From: an uncultured Actinomycetota bacterium
GTDB lineage: Bacteria > Actinomycetota > Acidimicrobiia > Spongiisociales > UBA5794
Assembly (NCBI GenBank): GCA_963808015.1
Contig: CAWEEG010000007.1
Location: forward strand, 71,544-135,543
Direction of reading: 5' to 3'
DNA length: 64,000 bases
Under the pieces are notes generated by a model, which saw nothing but the letters and a program-made list of their open reading frames with translations, did no database searches and had not been told where the DNA came from. Position 1 is the first letter of the stretch. The number at the start of each line of letters is the position of its first letter. Shown piece after piece: positions 51,876-62,039 of the stretch. The translations under genes were made by a program, and so were the position numbers.

Positions 51876-52480
51876 CCTGGGTCAAAGTCTGTGGATTGAC
51901 CCGAGCGGCGGACGTCACCGACGCGGTTGACGCCGGCGCCGATGCGCTGGGGTTCGTTCTTGCACCCGCCTCTCCGCGGGCTATCGACCGGCAGCATGCT
52001 GCCGCTTTGATGGATGGCATTCCGGTGCTGCGAATCCTCGTGACCGTGGACACTTCCGCAGTGGACCTGGCGGCGGCCGTCGCAGAGACCGGGGCAGATG
52101 GCGTTCAGCCGCACGGCCAACACGCTGAGGAGGCGGCACGGTGGGCCCAGGAAGCTGGATTGCTTGTCCTCAGACCACTTCGGCGGGACACCAACGGCGC
52201 CTGGGGCAATGCGGGAATCCCGAATGGCCAGATTCCACTGCTTGACTCGGCGACCGGCGAGGACCACGGCGGGACGGGGCGTCCGCTCGACTGGAGCCGC
52301 CTGGTGCCTCCGGAGCGTCGTTTCGTCCTCGCCGGAGGGTTGACACCGGCCAACGTCGCGACCGCCGTGAAAACCGTGCGGCCGTGGGGGGTCGACGCGT
52401 CATCGGGCCTGGAATCGGCACCAGGAATCAAGGACCCCGCTAGGGTCGCCGCCTTCCTGCAGGAGGCGAAACGCCAATGA
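51872..52480 (+). CDS. trpF: phosphoribosylanthranilate isomerase
   Basis: Intact 202 aa. [50 protein letters not shown]. Confidence 0.88.
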   Translation: MTWVKVCGLTRAADVTDAVDAGADALGFVLAPASPRAIDRQHAAALMDGIPVLRILVTVDTSAVDLAAAVAETGADGVQPHGQHAEEAARWAQEAGLLVLRPLRRDTNGAWGNAGIPNGQIPLLDSATGEDHGGTGRPLDWSRLVPPERRFVLAGGLTPANVATAVKTVRPWGVDASSGLESAPGIKDPARVAAFLQEAKRQ

Positions 52481-53643
52481 CCGGGCCAGACGAACGAGGA
52501 CGATTTGGTGCCTACGGCGGCCAGTACGCACCCGAGACGCTCATGCCCGCCCTCGAGGAGCTCGAACGCGAGTTCTCGACCGCGTGGAACGACCGAACGT
52601 TCCGGGCGGAACTCGGGGGACTGCTTTCCACATATGTGGGCCGACCAACGCCGGTCTACCACGCGAAACGCCTCTCGGAGCAGCTCGGGTTCGATCTGTG
52701 GCTCAAGCGGGAGGACCTGGCACACACGGGCGCCCACAAGATCAACAACACGATGGGTCAGGCGCTCCTCACCAAGCGGATGGGGAAACCCAGGGTGATA
52801 GCGGAGACCGGCGCCGGCCAACACGGGGTCGCCACCGCAACGGCCTGTGCGCTGCTCGGCCTCGAGTGCGCCGTCTACATGGGTGTGAAGGACATCGAGC
52901 GACAAGCGCTCAACGTCTACCGCATGGGACTCCTCGGTGCAGAGGTTATCCCTGTGGACTCCGGCGCAGGGACACTGAAGGACGCTGTCTCCGAGGCGAT
53001 GCGCGACTGGGTGGGCTCCGTCGAGAACACGCACTACATCATTGGATCCGTCGTCGGCCCACACCCGTTCCCCTGGATGGTTCGGGAACTCCAGCGGGTG
53101 ATCGGAGACGAGATGCACGAGCAGCTCCACGGCGCCGCGGAACCCGATGTCGTCGTAGCGTGCGTCGGCGGTGGCTCCAACAGCATCGGGGCCTTCGCCA
53201 CCTATGTCGACGACGATGTAGACCTCGTGGGCGTCGAAGCCGGAGGATACGGGCTCGAAAGCGGCCTTCACGGTGCTTCCCTCATCGATGGAACGCCGGG
53301 AGTCATCCACGGATCGTTCACCTATCTCCTCCAGGACGAAGAAGGCCAAGTCCTCGAGGCGCACTCGATCAGTGCCGGCCTCGATTACCCGGGCGTCGGC
53401 CCCGAGCACGCCGCTTTTCGGGATGCCGGCATCGTGCGCTACGAGTCGGTGACCGACGACGAGGCGGTGGAGGCGCTCCACCTGTTGTCTCGGACCGAGG
53501 GAATCATCCCCGCCCTCGAGTCCGCGCACGCCATCGCATGGGTCGTGCGGGAGTCCGCCTCGATGGTCGGCAAGACCGTCGTGGTTCTGCTGTCCGGGCG
53601 TGGCGACAAGGACGTGATGCAAGTGGCGGCTCGCGATGAGTGA
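52477..53643 (+). CDS. trpB: tryptophan synthase beta chain
   Basis: Intact 388 aa. [16 protein letters not shown] (PLP lysine), [20 protein letters not shown]. Confidence 0.95.
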   Translation: MTGPDERGRFGAYGGQYAPETLMPALEELEREFSTAWNDRTFRAELGGLLSTYVGRPTPVYHAKRLSEQLGFDLWLKREDLAHTGAHKINNTMGQALLTKRMGKPRVIAETGAGQHGVATATACALLGLECAVYMGVKDIERQALNVYRMGLLGAEVIPVDSGAGTLKDAVSEAMRDWVGSVENTHYIIGSVVGPHPFPWMVRELQRVIGDEMHEQLHGAAEPDVVVACVGGGSNSIGAFATYVDDDVDLVGVEAGGYGLESGLHGASLIDGTPGVIHGSFTYLLQDEEGQVLEAHSISAGLDYPGVGPEHAAFRDAGIVRYESVTDDEAVEALHLLSRTEGIIPALESAHAIAWVVRESASMVGKTVVVLLSGRGDKDVMQVAARDE

Positions 53644-54448
53644 CTCGGGGGCACGGCAACTCGCCCGCCTCTTCGCCGATGTTCGATCGCAGCACCGCGC
53701 GGCACTGCTTCCCTATCTCACCGCCGGGTTGCCGGACGCTGATACGTCGGTGGCCCTCTTCGTGGCAATGGCTGAAGCGGGAGCCGACGGGTTCGAGATC
53801 GGCATTCCGTACAGCGATCCCCTGATGGACGGTCCCGTCATCGCCGAAGCCGGGGCACGTTCCCTCGCCGCCGGCACGACCATCACGACCGCGCTCGACA
53901 TCACGCGAAAGGTCTCTCGGTCTACCGGGAAGCCGGTCTTGCTGATGACCTACACCAACCCGGTGCTGCATTACGGAATTGATGCGTTCATGGGGGCCGC
54001 CGCCGCAAGCGGGGCTGCCGGCTTGATCATCGCCGATCTCCCGGTTGAGGAGTCTCAAGCCTTCCTGGACGCCGCCAAAAGTGCCAGGCTCGGGATGGCG
54101 CTTTTCGCAGCCCCCACCACGAGCGACCGCCGGCTCGAGCGGATCGCGTCGGCTCGGCCTGCATTCATCTACGGCGTGGCTTCGTTGGGAGTGACGGGGC
54201 AGCGGACCACATTGTCCGACCGGGCGCACGTCCTCAGCCAGCGGATCCGCTCGATCTCGGACTTGCCGCTTGTGCTGGGAGTTGGCATCTCTACCCCCAC
54301 TCAGGCAAGGCTGGCTGCCGCCGAGGCCGACGGTGTCATCGTCGGGAGCGCCCTGGTCGGGCGTGTTCTCGATGCCGCCGACCCGGCCGGTGCGATCGCT
54401 TCGGTCGCAGACGCCGTTCATGATCTCGCCCGGGCGCTTCGGGACTAG
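53636..54448 (+). CDS. trpA: tryptophan synthase alpha chain
   Basis: Intact 270 aa. [35 protein letters not shown]. Confidence 0.93.
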   Translation: MSDSGARQLARLFADVRSQHRAALLPYLTAGLPDADTSVALFVAMAEAGADGFEIGIPYSDPLMDGPVIAEAGARSLAAGTTITTALDITRKVSRSTGKPVLLMTYTNPVLHYGIDAFMGAAAASGAAGLIIADLPVEESQAFLDAAKSARLGMALFAAPTTSDRRLERIASARPAFIYGVASLGVTGQRTTLSDRAHVLSQRIRSISDLPLVLGVGISTPTQARLAAAEADGVIVGSALVGRVLDAADPAGAIASVADAVHDLARALRD

Positions 54449-54545
54449 TCACCCCGGGAGCGGCGACAACGGTTCTGCGCTCGAACCGCCATCGTGCCGA
54501 TATTCCTGATATGACCGCGCAGGTCACTGTGAATACAACGGCTCG

Positions 54546-54628
54546 TACCGGGAGTGGGACTCGAACCCACACGGGCTTTCGCCCAGCGGATTTTGAGTCC
54601 GCCGCGTCTTCCATTCCGCCATCCCGGC
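54546..54628 (-). tRNA. tRNA-Leu (anticodon CAA)
   Basis: Minus strand GCCGGGA-TG-GCGG-AATGGAAGA-CGC-G-GCGGA-CTCAAAA-TCCGC-long variable arm (TGGGCGAAAGCCCGT)-GTGGG-TTCGAGT-CCCAC-TCCCGGT-A. 83 nt, class II cloverleaf, G1:U72 wobble, no encoded CCA. Confidence 0.88.
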
Positions 54629-54726
54629 GCCGGGCCATGGTATCGACGGGAAGCCTCTACCAACGTGGCGACCCGAGCGACGGCATGCGAAACAAACACA
54701 AATAGTGGCGATGTTGGCATCGGAGA

Positions 54727-55346
54727 GTGGTCGCAGCGATGGTATCGAGATGGATGCGCCAAAACGGGCGTGAACGAGGCGCGGTGATGGTCGAGATGGC
54801 CGTTGTGCTCCCTTTGCTTCTGCTGTTGATCTTGGGAGCAATCGAGTTCGGGTTGCTCTTTCACGAGCGCCCGACGATTGCGTCGGCTACGTCTTCCGCA
54901 GCACGGACGGGGGCGACGATGTGTGAATGAGACGAAGCCGACTACGCCACTCTTCAGGCACTCTCGGCCGATCTCTACGAACAGGTGGACACGTCCGTGA
55001 TCATCCAAGTCGAGATCCTCAAGGCGGATCCCGTCAGTGGAGCGAATATGGGCAACTACGACTGCTGTATCTATCAGAAATTGGCGGCGACCACTTCCTC
55101 ACGCGGGACCCAATACCCGGATACAGCGATGAAGACACATTGCCAACGACAGTCCTCATCCTCTACGGGCCAGATCCGGCGCCCCTCGATGCGTCGGACA
55201 ACGAGGTCCTCTGTACCGTCACGTACCCGCCGCGCCCTCCCTACTTCGATCCCAACGGTGATGGGAAAGAGGACAACGCCGACGACCTGACCGGCGACGG
55301 AGTGCTCGACTGGGACGATCTCGACGAGCCGTACGTGGCGGATTGA
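54727..55346 (+). pseudogene. TadE-like pseudopilin with in-frame TGA and one frame break
   Basis: TadE N-terminal motif ERGAVMVEMAVVLPLLLLLILGAIEFG. In-frame TGA at 54928-54930 with the same frame continuing (DEADYATLQALSADLYEQVDTSVIIQVEILKADP). Shift near 55075 into the frame ending FDPNGDGKEDNADDLTGDGVLDWDDLDEPYVAD. Confidence 0.6.
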
Positions 55347-55948
55347 TCCGGGGGCTTCTGGGTGGAGTGGCATCTCTCTGGGATGAGATGTGCCCAATAG
55401 ATGGACTGGATAGAGGTGCCGGTGTTTGTCCGCTCAGCGTGTTCACGCTCGCCGACGGCAACATGGGGTTGAATCGCTAGTCGATGCGAGCTAGCGGTGG
55501 CTCTGCGAACACCAGCGTGTACGGACTTGGCGACATGGCCATCTACTCCAACGTCAGGCTGGGCATCACGGAATTCTTGCTCGCCGAGGTCATCGAACTC
55601 CACGGAGGCAAGGATCTTGTCACTGGTTTGTGGGATCCGGGTGATGCCAACGAGAACCACTCGATCAACATCGGGAGTCCGGCGGGAGATGTGGCAACGT
55701 GTTCGTGGACGTCGACTAATACGGCGTACCCCGGCGCGGCGACCGGCGCCTGCAGCATCCCGACCAGTTCGAAGCCCTTCAACGGGCACCAGGTCGAGAT
55801 CCGAGTTGAGCTCCCGCCCAACTACACGTGTGAGCTCGAACCATTGGGTTGTTGGTGAAAGATTCGCTACCACCATCCGGGCACGACGAACGACACCACG
55901 ACGTGGGAAGCGCGGATCGAGTGGAACCCGGTCAAGCTCGTTGAGTAG
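55343..55948 (+). pseudogene. hypothetical Tad-neighbourhood gene remnant with in-frame TAG and TGA
   Basis: One frame is open from 55343 to 55948 except TAG 55478-55480 and TGA 55856-55858. ...CSWTSTNTAYPGAATGACSIP..PPNYTCELEPLGCW-stop-KIRYHHPGTTNDTTTWEARIEWNPVKLVE. No family recognised with confidence. Confidence 0.4.
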
Positions 55949-56079
55949 CTGGCCGATACTGAAGAATCGGTACCCTGGTGACGTACTCTGATGACGGATG
56001 GACCTGGAACCCTGATCTGGCGCACTCCGTTTGGTGGTGTGCGTCCGGGGTGTGAGATCATCCGGAGGTGTGGTGGAGC

Positions 56080-56370
56080 ATGGCACGACGGGAAGAGCGG
56101 GTCTTTCGTATCAACGACGAAATCGCGGCACTGCGCCGTGACGAGCATCTAGCGTTCGAAGAGCAGATCATGCTCGGCCACCTCGATGACGACGCACAGC
56201 GCGACGCGGCCGTCAGTGGGAGCCCGCAGGATGCCCAGGATGCTCGGGAGACCGCAGGAGACGTAGCTCGAATGCAGCGGCACGTCGCAGATCTGCGAGC
56301 CGCCCGCGAGCATCTCGAACTCAAGAGAGACCGGCTGCTGGAGAAGCTCAACGCGTCGGCAGCGAAGTAG
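56080..56370 (+). CDS. hypothetical coiled-coil protein
   Basis: ATG 56080 after GGAGG (56064-56068). 96 aa, charged and helical. No family recognised. Confidence 0.45.
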   Translation: MARREERVFRINDEIAALRRDEHLAFEEQIMLGHLDDDAQRDAAVSGSPQDAQDARETAGDVARMQRHVADLRAAREHLELKRDRLLEKLNASAAK

Positions 56371-56415
56371 CCGAGTACGAAGTACAGGCTACAAGAGACC
56401 CGAGACCCGAGACGG
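56367..56415 (+). repeat. heptamer array (site E)
   Basis: (GTAGCCG)(AGTACGA)(AGTACAG)(GCTACAA)(GAGACCC)(GAGACCC)(GAGACGG). The first unit contains the TAG stop of the upstream ORF, as at site A. Confidence 0.75.
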
Positions 56416-56498
56416 CCGGGATGGCGGGCCGCGAATCGCAGATCTGAAGTCTGAGCCTCCGGACACCGAACCACACAACATGGCGCTACGCTCGGCAG

Positions 56499-59093
56499 AT
56501 GCCCAAGCTTGCTCTTCTCGACGGTCACAGCCTCGCCTACCGGGCGTTCTACGCGTTGCCGAGCGACCTCGCCACGTCATCCGGTCTCGTGACAAACGCA
56601 GTCTTCGGGTTCACCTCAATGCTGATCAAACTGCTCCAGGACGAGCGCCCCGACGCAATTGCCGTGGCATGGGACGTTCGCGGCCCAACGTTTCGTACTG
56701 AGGCGTACGACGAGTACAAAGCTCAGCGTGAGAAGGCGCCAGACCTGTTCACGAGCCAACTCCCGTTGATCGACGAAGTCCTGGACGCGATGGGCATCGA
56801 GCAGATTCGGATCCCCGGATACGAGGCCGACGACGTGATTGCGACCCTCGCGACGCGGGGTCGGGCCGAGGGATGGGACGTTGTTGTGATCACCGGCGAT
56901 CGAGACGCCTTTCAGCTTATCGAACCCGGCATCACGGTCCTCTACACCGTCCGGGGCATTTCCGACATCGTACGGGCCGATGATGCGTGGCTCACGGAAC
57001 GCTACGGCGTCGGACCCTCCCAGTATGTCGACTACGCGGCGCTCCGTGGCGACACGTCGGACAACCTTCCCGGCGTGCCGGGAGTCGGCGAGAAGACCGC
57101 AGCCAAGCTCATCGCGAAGTACGGAACTGCAGAAGCGGTGGTCGACGCTGCCGCCGACCAAACACCGAAGCTGGGCGAGAACCTCGAGGCAGCCGCCGGC
57201 CAAGTCCTCCTCAATCGCCGCCTCATGGAACTGGTGCGCGACGTCCCCATCGAAGCAGCAATCGATGATTTCACGATGGACGATCTCGACGGCGAGAGGA
57301 TCCGTCCGGTGTTTGATGCGCTCGCGTTCCGTGGGCTGTGGGATCGGCTCTCGGAAGTCGGCGATATTGAAGCCGAAAGTGCGGAAACAATCGAGATCGA
57401 GGTCGTGACCATGGTCGACACCGGTCGGGTGGCTGAGACCGTGGCCGGCCGCCCGATATCACTTGAGCCGATATGGGACGACGGAGCGCTCGTCGGGATC
57501 GTCGCGGCCGGATCGCCCGCGATTCACATACCGGTCGACGCATTGGACCCGCTCAGCACGGCAGCGTCGATAGCAGGGCACGATATCAAGGCATTCGTGC
57601 GAGCCCTGATCGAGATCGGCCAAGAGCCACCACCCGTATTGTTTGACACCGCGTTGGCGGCTTGGATCGCGAATCCGACCCAGCGGGTTCCCGATCTCGG
57701 CGATCTCGCATATCGCGAACTGGGCCTGTCCGTGGAGGATGCCGCGGACTCCGATCGCGCATCACAAGGAGCGTTCGACTTCGAAGGGGGCGTTGACCTC
57801 GAGGCCGCCGCCCGGCGGGCGGTTGCAGTCGAACGCCTGATTGAGCCGCTGACGGAACAACTGACGGCGCGTGGTGCGATCGAACTCTTTGAGGACGTGG
57901 AGCTTCCCCTGATTCCGATCCTGGCGCGGATGGAAGTAGCCGGCGTTGGTGTTGACGTGCGGTTCCTGACCGACCTCGGAGACCGGCTGCGCAATCGTCT
58001 CGCAGAACTCGAAGCACTGATTCACGACGCCGCCGGTGGACCCTTCAATGTGAACTCGACGCTGCAACTCCGCGAAGTCCTGTTTGATCGCCTCGGGCTT
58101 CCGGTTCTGAAGAAGACACCGAAGGGCGCACCCTCGACGGACGCGTCGGTGCTCGAGAAGCTTCGTGACGAACATGAGATCGTCGCTCACCTCCTGCTGT
58201 ACCGCGAGCTGGAGAAGCTGCGCGGCACCTACGTTGAGGCACTCCTTCGCCTGGTCGACGACGACGGCCGGATTCGGGGCAGGTTCAACCAGATGGGGGC
58301 GGCAACCGGCCGCCTCTCCCAGGAGCAACCGAATCTGCAGAACATCCCGGTCCGGTCTGAGGAGGGCCGTGCAGTACGGGAGGCATTCGTCGCGGACGAA
58401 CGGTGCGTGTTCCTCGTCGCCGACTACTCGCAGATCGAGTTGCGCATCCTCGCCCATCTTTCAAACGATCCGGGACTGGTCGAAGCGTTCGAACAGGACA
58501 TCGACGTTCACGCGGCGACGGCGGCACGAATCAACAACATCGACCCCAAAGCGGTGACGACGGATCAGCGGCGCACAGCAAAGATGATCAACTTCGGCCT
58601 GCTCTACGGGATGGAGGCCTACGGCCTCGGTCAACGTCTCGGGATCCCGCGGGAAGAGGCTCAGCAGCACATTGACACGTACTTCGCTCAGTTCTCGGAT
58701 GTTCGTGACTTTCTCCGGGGGCTGGTCGAGGACGCCAGATCAGACGGATACACCACGACGATTCTCGGCCGTCGACGGTACCTGCCCGAGTTGGCGAGCT
58801 CGAACTTCCGCGATCGCCAGGCAGGCGAGCGGATGGCCCTGAATGCTCCGATCCAGGGATCAGCAGCCGACGTGATCAAGAAAGCCATGATCGAACTTGA
58901 TCCAAAACTCGGAGCTTTCGGCACCCAGATGCTGCTCCAGATTCACGATGAGCTCGTTGTCGAGGTGCCCGTGGAACACCTCGACAACGTCGCAGCAGTG
59001 ACGAGAGAAATGATGGAGCGGGTCGTGCAGCTCAGGGTTCCGCTCAAGGTCGACGTCGCCTCGGGCCGGACACTCGCCGACTGCAAGGCCTGA
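56499..59093 (+). CDS. polA: DNA polymerase I
   Basis: Intact 864 aa. 5'-3' exonuclease N-terminus (LLDGHSLAYRAFYA, GYEADDVIATLA). Pol motifs A VADYSQIELRILAH, B RRTAKMINFGLLYG, C LLQIHDELVVEV. Confidence 0.95.
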   Translation: MPKLALLDGHSLAYRAFYALPSDLATSSGLVTNAVFGFTSMLIKLLQDERPDAIAVAWDVRGPTFRTEAYDEYKAQREKAPDLFTSQLPLIDEVLDAMGIEQIRIPGYEADDVIATLATRGRAEGWDVVVITGDRDAFQLIEPGITVLYTVRGISDIVRADDAWLTERYGVGPSQYVDYAALRGDTSDNLPGVPGVGEKTAAKLIAKYGTAEAVVDAAADQTPKLGENLEAAAGQVLLNRRLMELVRDVPIEAAIDDFTMDDLDGERIRPVFDALAFRGLWDRLSEVGDIEAESAETIEIEVVTMVDTGRVAETVAGRPISLEPIWDDGALVGIVAAGSPAIHIPVDALDPLSTAASIAGHDIKAFVRALIEIGQEPPPVLFDTALAAWIANPTQRVPDLGDLAYRELGLSVEDAADSDRASQGAFDFEGGVDLEAAARRAVAVERLIEPLTEQLTARGAIELFEDVELPLIPILARMEVAGVGVDVRFLTDLGDRLRNRLAELEALIHDAAGGPFNVNSTLQLREVLFDRLGLPVLKKTPKGAPSTDASVLEKLRDEHEIVAHLLLYRELEKLRGTYVEALLRLVDDDGRIRGRFNQMGAATGRLSQEQPNLQNIPVRSEEGRAVREAFVADERCVFLVADYSQIELRILAHLSNDPGLVEAFEQDIDVHAATAARINNIDPKAVTTDQRRTAKMINFGLLYGMEAYGLGQRLGIPREEAQQHIDTYFAQFSDVRDFLRGLVEDARSDGYTTTILGRRRYLPELASSNFRDRQAGERMALNAPIQGSAADVIKKAMIELDPKLGAFGTQMLLQIHDELVVEVPVEHLDNVAAVTREMMERVVQLRVPLKVDVASGRTLADCKA

Positions 59094-59201
59094 CGTCTTG
59101 CCTCTTGGGGGCAATTGGCTGTAGCATCCCGAACGGCTTCGAGCCGCGTGTCTTGCGCGCGCATCGAGGTTATCCACGTACACAGGAGTCGAACCCTTTC
59201 C

Positions 59202-60853
59202 ATGACCACGAACGAGAACGATCTCGCCACCACCGGCGAGGAGCATGCGGACGCTCCGGAGGACGCAGCGCCCATCGCAGACGCAACCGAGGCTGTCGTC
59301 GAGGAAGCAACGGAGGTCGTTGAGACCGCCGCCGCCGAAGAAGCGGTGGCCGAGGTCGAAGGGGAGGCCGTTGCAGACGCGGCCGTTGAAGCCCCCGAGG
59401 AACAGCGACCGATGAAGCGGTGGCCGAGGTCGAAGGGGAGGCCGTTGCAGACGCGGCCGTTGAAGTCACCGAGGCAGTTGCGCTCGAAGAAGCGGTGGCC
59501 GACGTCGTTGCCGACGCGCCGGCTGAAGCCGTCGATGCCGTCGCAGAAGATGCGACACCTCAGCCGGTCGTCACCCCAAGAGGAGAACGCCCCGCCATCA
59601 CAGCGCCGAAGGAGATCGCCGACCTGCCGGACGATCTATCTGCGGACGATTTCGCACGGGCGATCGAGCAGACCGTGTTCGAGTTCAAGGAAGGGGACAT
59701 CGTCGGTGGGACGGTGGTCCGGATCGACCAGGACGAAGTCCTCGTCGACATCGGATACAAGTCTGAGGGTGTGATTCCTGCGAAGGAGCTCTCGATCCGC
59801 AACACCGCGAACCCGGCGGAGATCGTCACGGTCGGTGAAGAGATCGAGGCGCTGGTCCTCCAGAAGGAGGACGACAACGGTCGTCTGGTCCTCTCGAAGA
59901 AGCGGGCGCAGTACGAACGTGCCTGGGGACGCATCGAGCGAATCATGAACGAGGGTGGCACCGTTGCCGGTCCGGTGATCGAGGTCGTCAAGGGCGGTCT
60001 CATCGTCGACATCGGTCTGCGCGGATTCCTCCCTGCGTCGCTTGTCGATTTGCGCCGCGTTCGCGACCTGCAGCCCTTCATCGGTGAGACCATCGAAGCG
60101 AAGGTCATCGAGCTCGATCGAAACCGCAACAACGTCGTGTTGTCGCGCCGCGCCTACCTCGAAGAGGAACAGGCTGAGCAGCGCCACGCGTTCCTCGCGG
60201 ATCTGAAGCCGGGTGACGTACGAGATGGTGTTGTGTCTTCGGTCGTGAACTTCGGGGCGTTCGTGGACCTCGGAGGAATGGATGGTCTCGTGCACGTCTC
60301 CGAGCTTTCGTGGCAGCACGTCAACCATCCCGGCGAAGTCGTCAACGTTGGCGACAACGTCACGGTCCGCGTTCTGGAGGTCGACTACGACCGGGAGCGC
60401 ATCTCCCTTTCGATCCGACAGACGACACAGGATCCATGGGAGCAGTTCATCGAAGCGAGCGACGCGGGCGACGTTCTCGACGGTGAAGTCACCAAGACAG
60501 TCCCCTTCGGTGCGTTCGTTTCCGTCGGTGAAGGAGTCGAAGGACTAGTTCACGTGTCGGAGATTGCGATGCATCACGTCGAGAGTCCAGAGTTGGAGCT
60601 TTCCATCGGGCAACAAGTTCGGGTAAAGGTCACCGAGGTCGATGCCGACAGACGACGAGTGAGCCTGTCCATAAAGCAGGCACTCCCCGAGTGGGAGGAG
60701 CGCTCAACGTGGAGCGACCGCCAGCCGAGCAAACCCCGTAGAAGGGAGTTCCAGCGTGAAGATGAAGCAGAAGCAGAGCCTTCATTCAACGCGGATGCCT
60801 CGCTCGAGGCCATCCTTCAGGAACTCAAAGAACGGGGCATCGGCCGCAGCTAG
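59202..60853 (+). CDS. rpsA: 30S ribosomal protein S1 with long acidic N-terminal extension; frame break caused by a 74-bp-period direct repeat
   Basis: ATG 59202 after CAGGAG. MTTNENDLATTGEEH...AVAEVEGEAVADAAVE (frame 3). The same peptide then recurs in frame 2 and continues into four S1 domains (GDIVGGTVVRIDQDEVLVDIGYKSEGVIP, ..GMDGLVHVSELSW.., ..GVEGLVHVSEIA..). Confidence 0.88.
59340..59391 (+). repeat. 52-bp direct repeat, copy 1
   Basis: GAAGCGGTGGCCGAGGTCGAAGGGGAGGCCGTTGCAGACGCGGCCGTTGAAG, identical to 59414-59465. Confidence 0.9.
59414..59465 (+). repeat. 52-bp direct repeat, copy 2
   Basis: Identical to 59340-59391. The 22-nt spacer CCCCCGAGGAACAGCGACCGAT gives a 74-bp period, which is not a multiple of 3. 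Confidence 0.9.
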
Positions 60854-60972
60854 CCCGACAATCGTTGGTCCCCGGCTGCAGCCCGAGTCGGCTTTCGGTC
60901 AAGTCTTCACCGCAGGTGTCCGATCTCTTCGGGTAGATAGATTGACATCACTGTTGGGGAGGGCCAGCTGAC

Positions 60973-62016
60973 ATGGGACGTAGGACCATTGTTCTCGTTA
61001 TCGCAATAGCGCTTGCCGCCGTTTCTGCGTTCGCCGTGTGGCGATACCTGACGACGGTCGAGAGCGACATCCGCGCTGACATTGCCGAAGTGCGCGTGTA
61101 TCGAGCTACCGAGCTCGTCGAGCCGAAGACAACCGGCGAAGACGCACAACCGTTCATCGAGGAGGCGCTTGCGCTTCGCGAGAACGTGGTATTTGAAGGT
61201 TCGACGGTTCTCTGTGCCGGTCCGAAGGCCGAAAACGAGGGTGAGGACCCGAACGTCTACGGTTGCCCGGAGAATCCGCGCGACCTGGCAAACACCCTGG
61301 CCGGGAAGGTTGCCGCCGGACCGGTGAGCGCCGGTCAGGTCATCACGACAGACCAATGGGTCGAGATCACGGTGTTCGAAGACGTCAGTCTTTCCGAGGA
61401 GATCACCCAAGGGAAGGTCGCTGTCGGTATTCGGCCGGATGATGTCGGTGCCGCCGGCGGATTCATCCGACCCGGTGACTCCATCAACCTGATTGCGTCG
61501 GCGACGCTCGAGATCAACAGCTTCCTGCAGCTCCTCGAGGATCCCGTCTTGCGCGAGGTTGTGCTCGGAGACGCATTCACCGGTGACGGCTCGACGTCGC
61601 AGCCGAGCACCACGACGGGGACGACTGACGATGGCGGCGAGGTAACGGTCGTGGTCACCGAGGAAGACGATCCGATTGCCAATCTTGCCAAGACGTTCCC
61701 GACGCAACTCGACTTCACACAGACGATCCTCCAGGACGTCGAGGTCATCGCCGTTGGTGACGACACCCTGCCGAACCGGACGGGTACCGGGCTCACCCCC
61801 GTCGGGACTCAGATCATCGTTCTCGAGGTGACACCGGAACAGGCTGAGATGATCGAGTATGCCCGGCAGTACACATCAGTAGCGATGGCGTTGCTCCCGA
61901 GTGATGTCCCGTACACCCCATTCGAATCGGCAGGCGTGACCGTCGACGACTTGTTCACGCTCATCGATCGGATCGAAGCACAGGTGGAGGCTGCTCTTGG
62001 TGGCACTGGGAACTAG
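60973..62016 (+). CDS. cpaB: Flp/Tad pilus assembly protein CpaB (RcpC)
   Basis: Intact 347 aa. N-terminal TM (IVLVIAIALAAVSAFAVW), SAF-like region (GKVAAGPVSAGQVIT), C-terminal VLEVTPEQAEMIEYARQ. Confidence 0.8.
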   Translation: MGRRTIVLVIAIALAAVSAFAVWRYLTTVESDIRADIAEVRVYRATELVEPKTTGEDAQPFIEEALALRENVVFEGSTVLCAGPKAENEGEDPNVYGCPENPRDLANTLAGKVAAGPVSAGQVITTDQWVEITVFEDVSLSEEITQGKVAVGIRPDDVGAAGGFIRPGDSINLIASATLEINSFLQLLEDPVLREVVLGDAFTGDGSTSQPSTTTGTTDDGGEVTVVVTEEDDPIANLAKTFPTQLDFTQTILQDVEVIAVGDDTLPNRTGTGLTPVGTQIIVLEVTPEQAEMIEYARQYTSVAMALLPSDVPYTPFESAGVTVDDLFTLIDRIEAQVEAALGGTGN

Positions 62017-62039
62017 CACCGGAGCATGACCGCACGGTC

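Noticed and set aside
54928-55858. TGA recoding (selenocysteine or Trp) to explain in-frame TGAs in the Tad-like genes.
   Set aside because: TGA is used as a normal stop throughout the window, including many ATGA/GTGA overlaps. No SECIS-like hairpin is evident. A TAG also interrupts the same frame.
54546-56000. Genomic island integrated at tRNA-Leu.
   Set aside because: The lower-GC Tad-like region lies on the 5' side of the tRNA, which is minus-strand with its 3' end towards trpA. I found no direct repeat of the tRNA 3' end, and no integrase gene is present.
60854-60972. Small flp pilin gene upstream of cpaB.
   Set aside because: No ORF with a hydrophobic Flp-type sequence is present. The only listed ORF (60756..60971) overlaps the rpsA 3' end and is Arg/Ser-rich.
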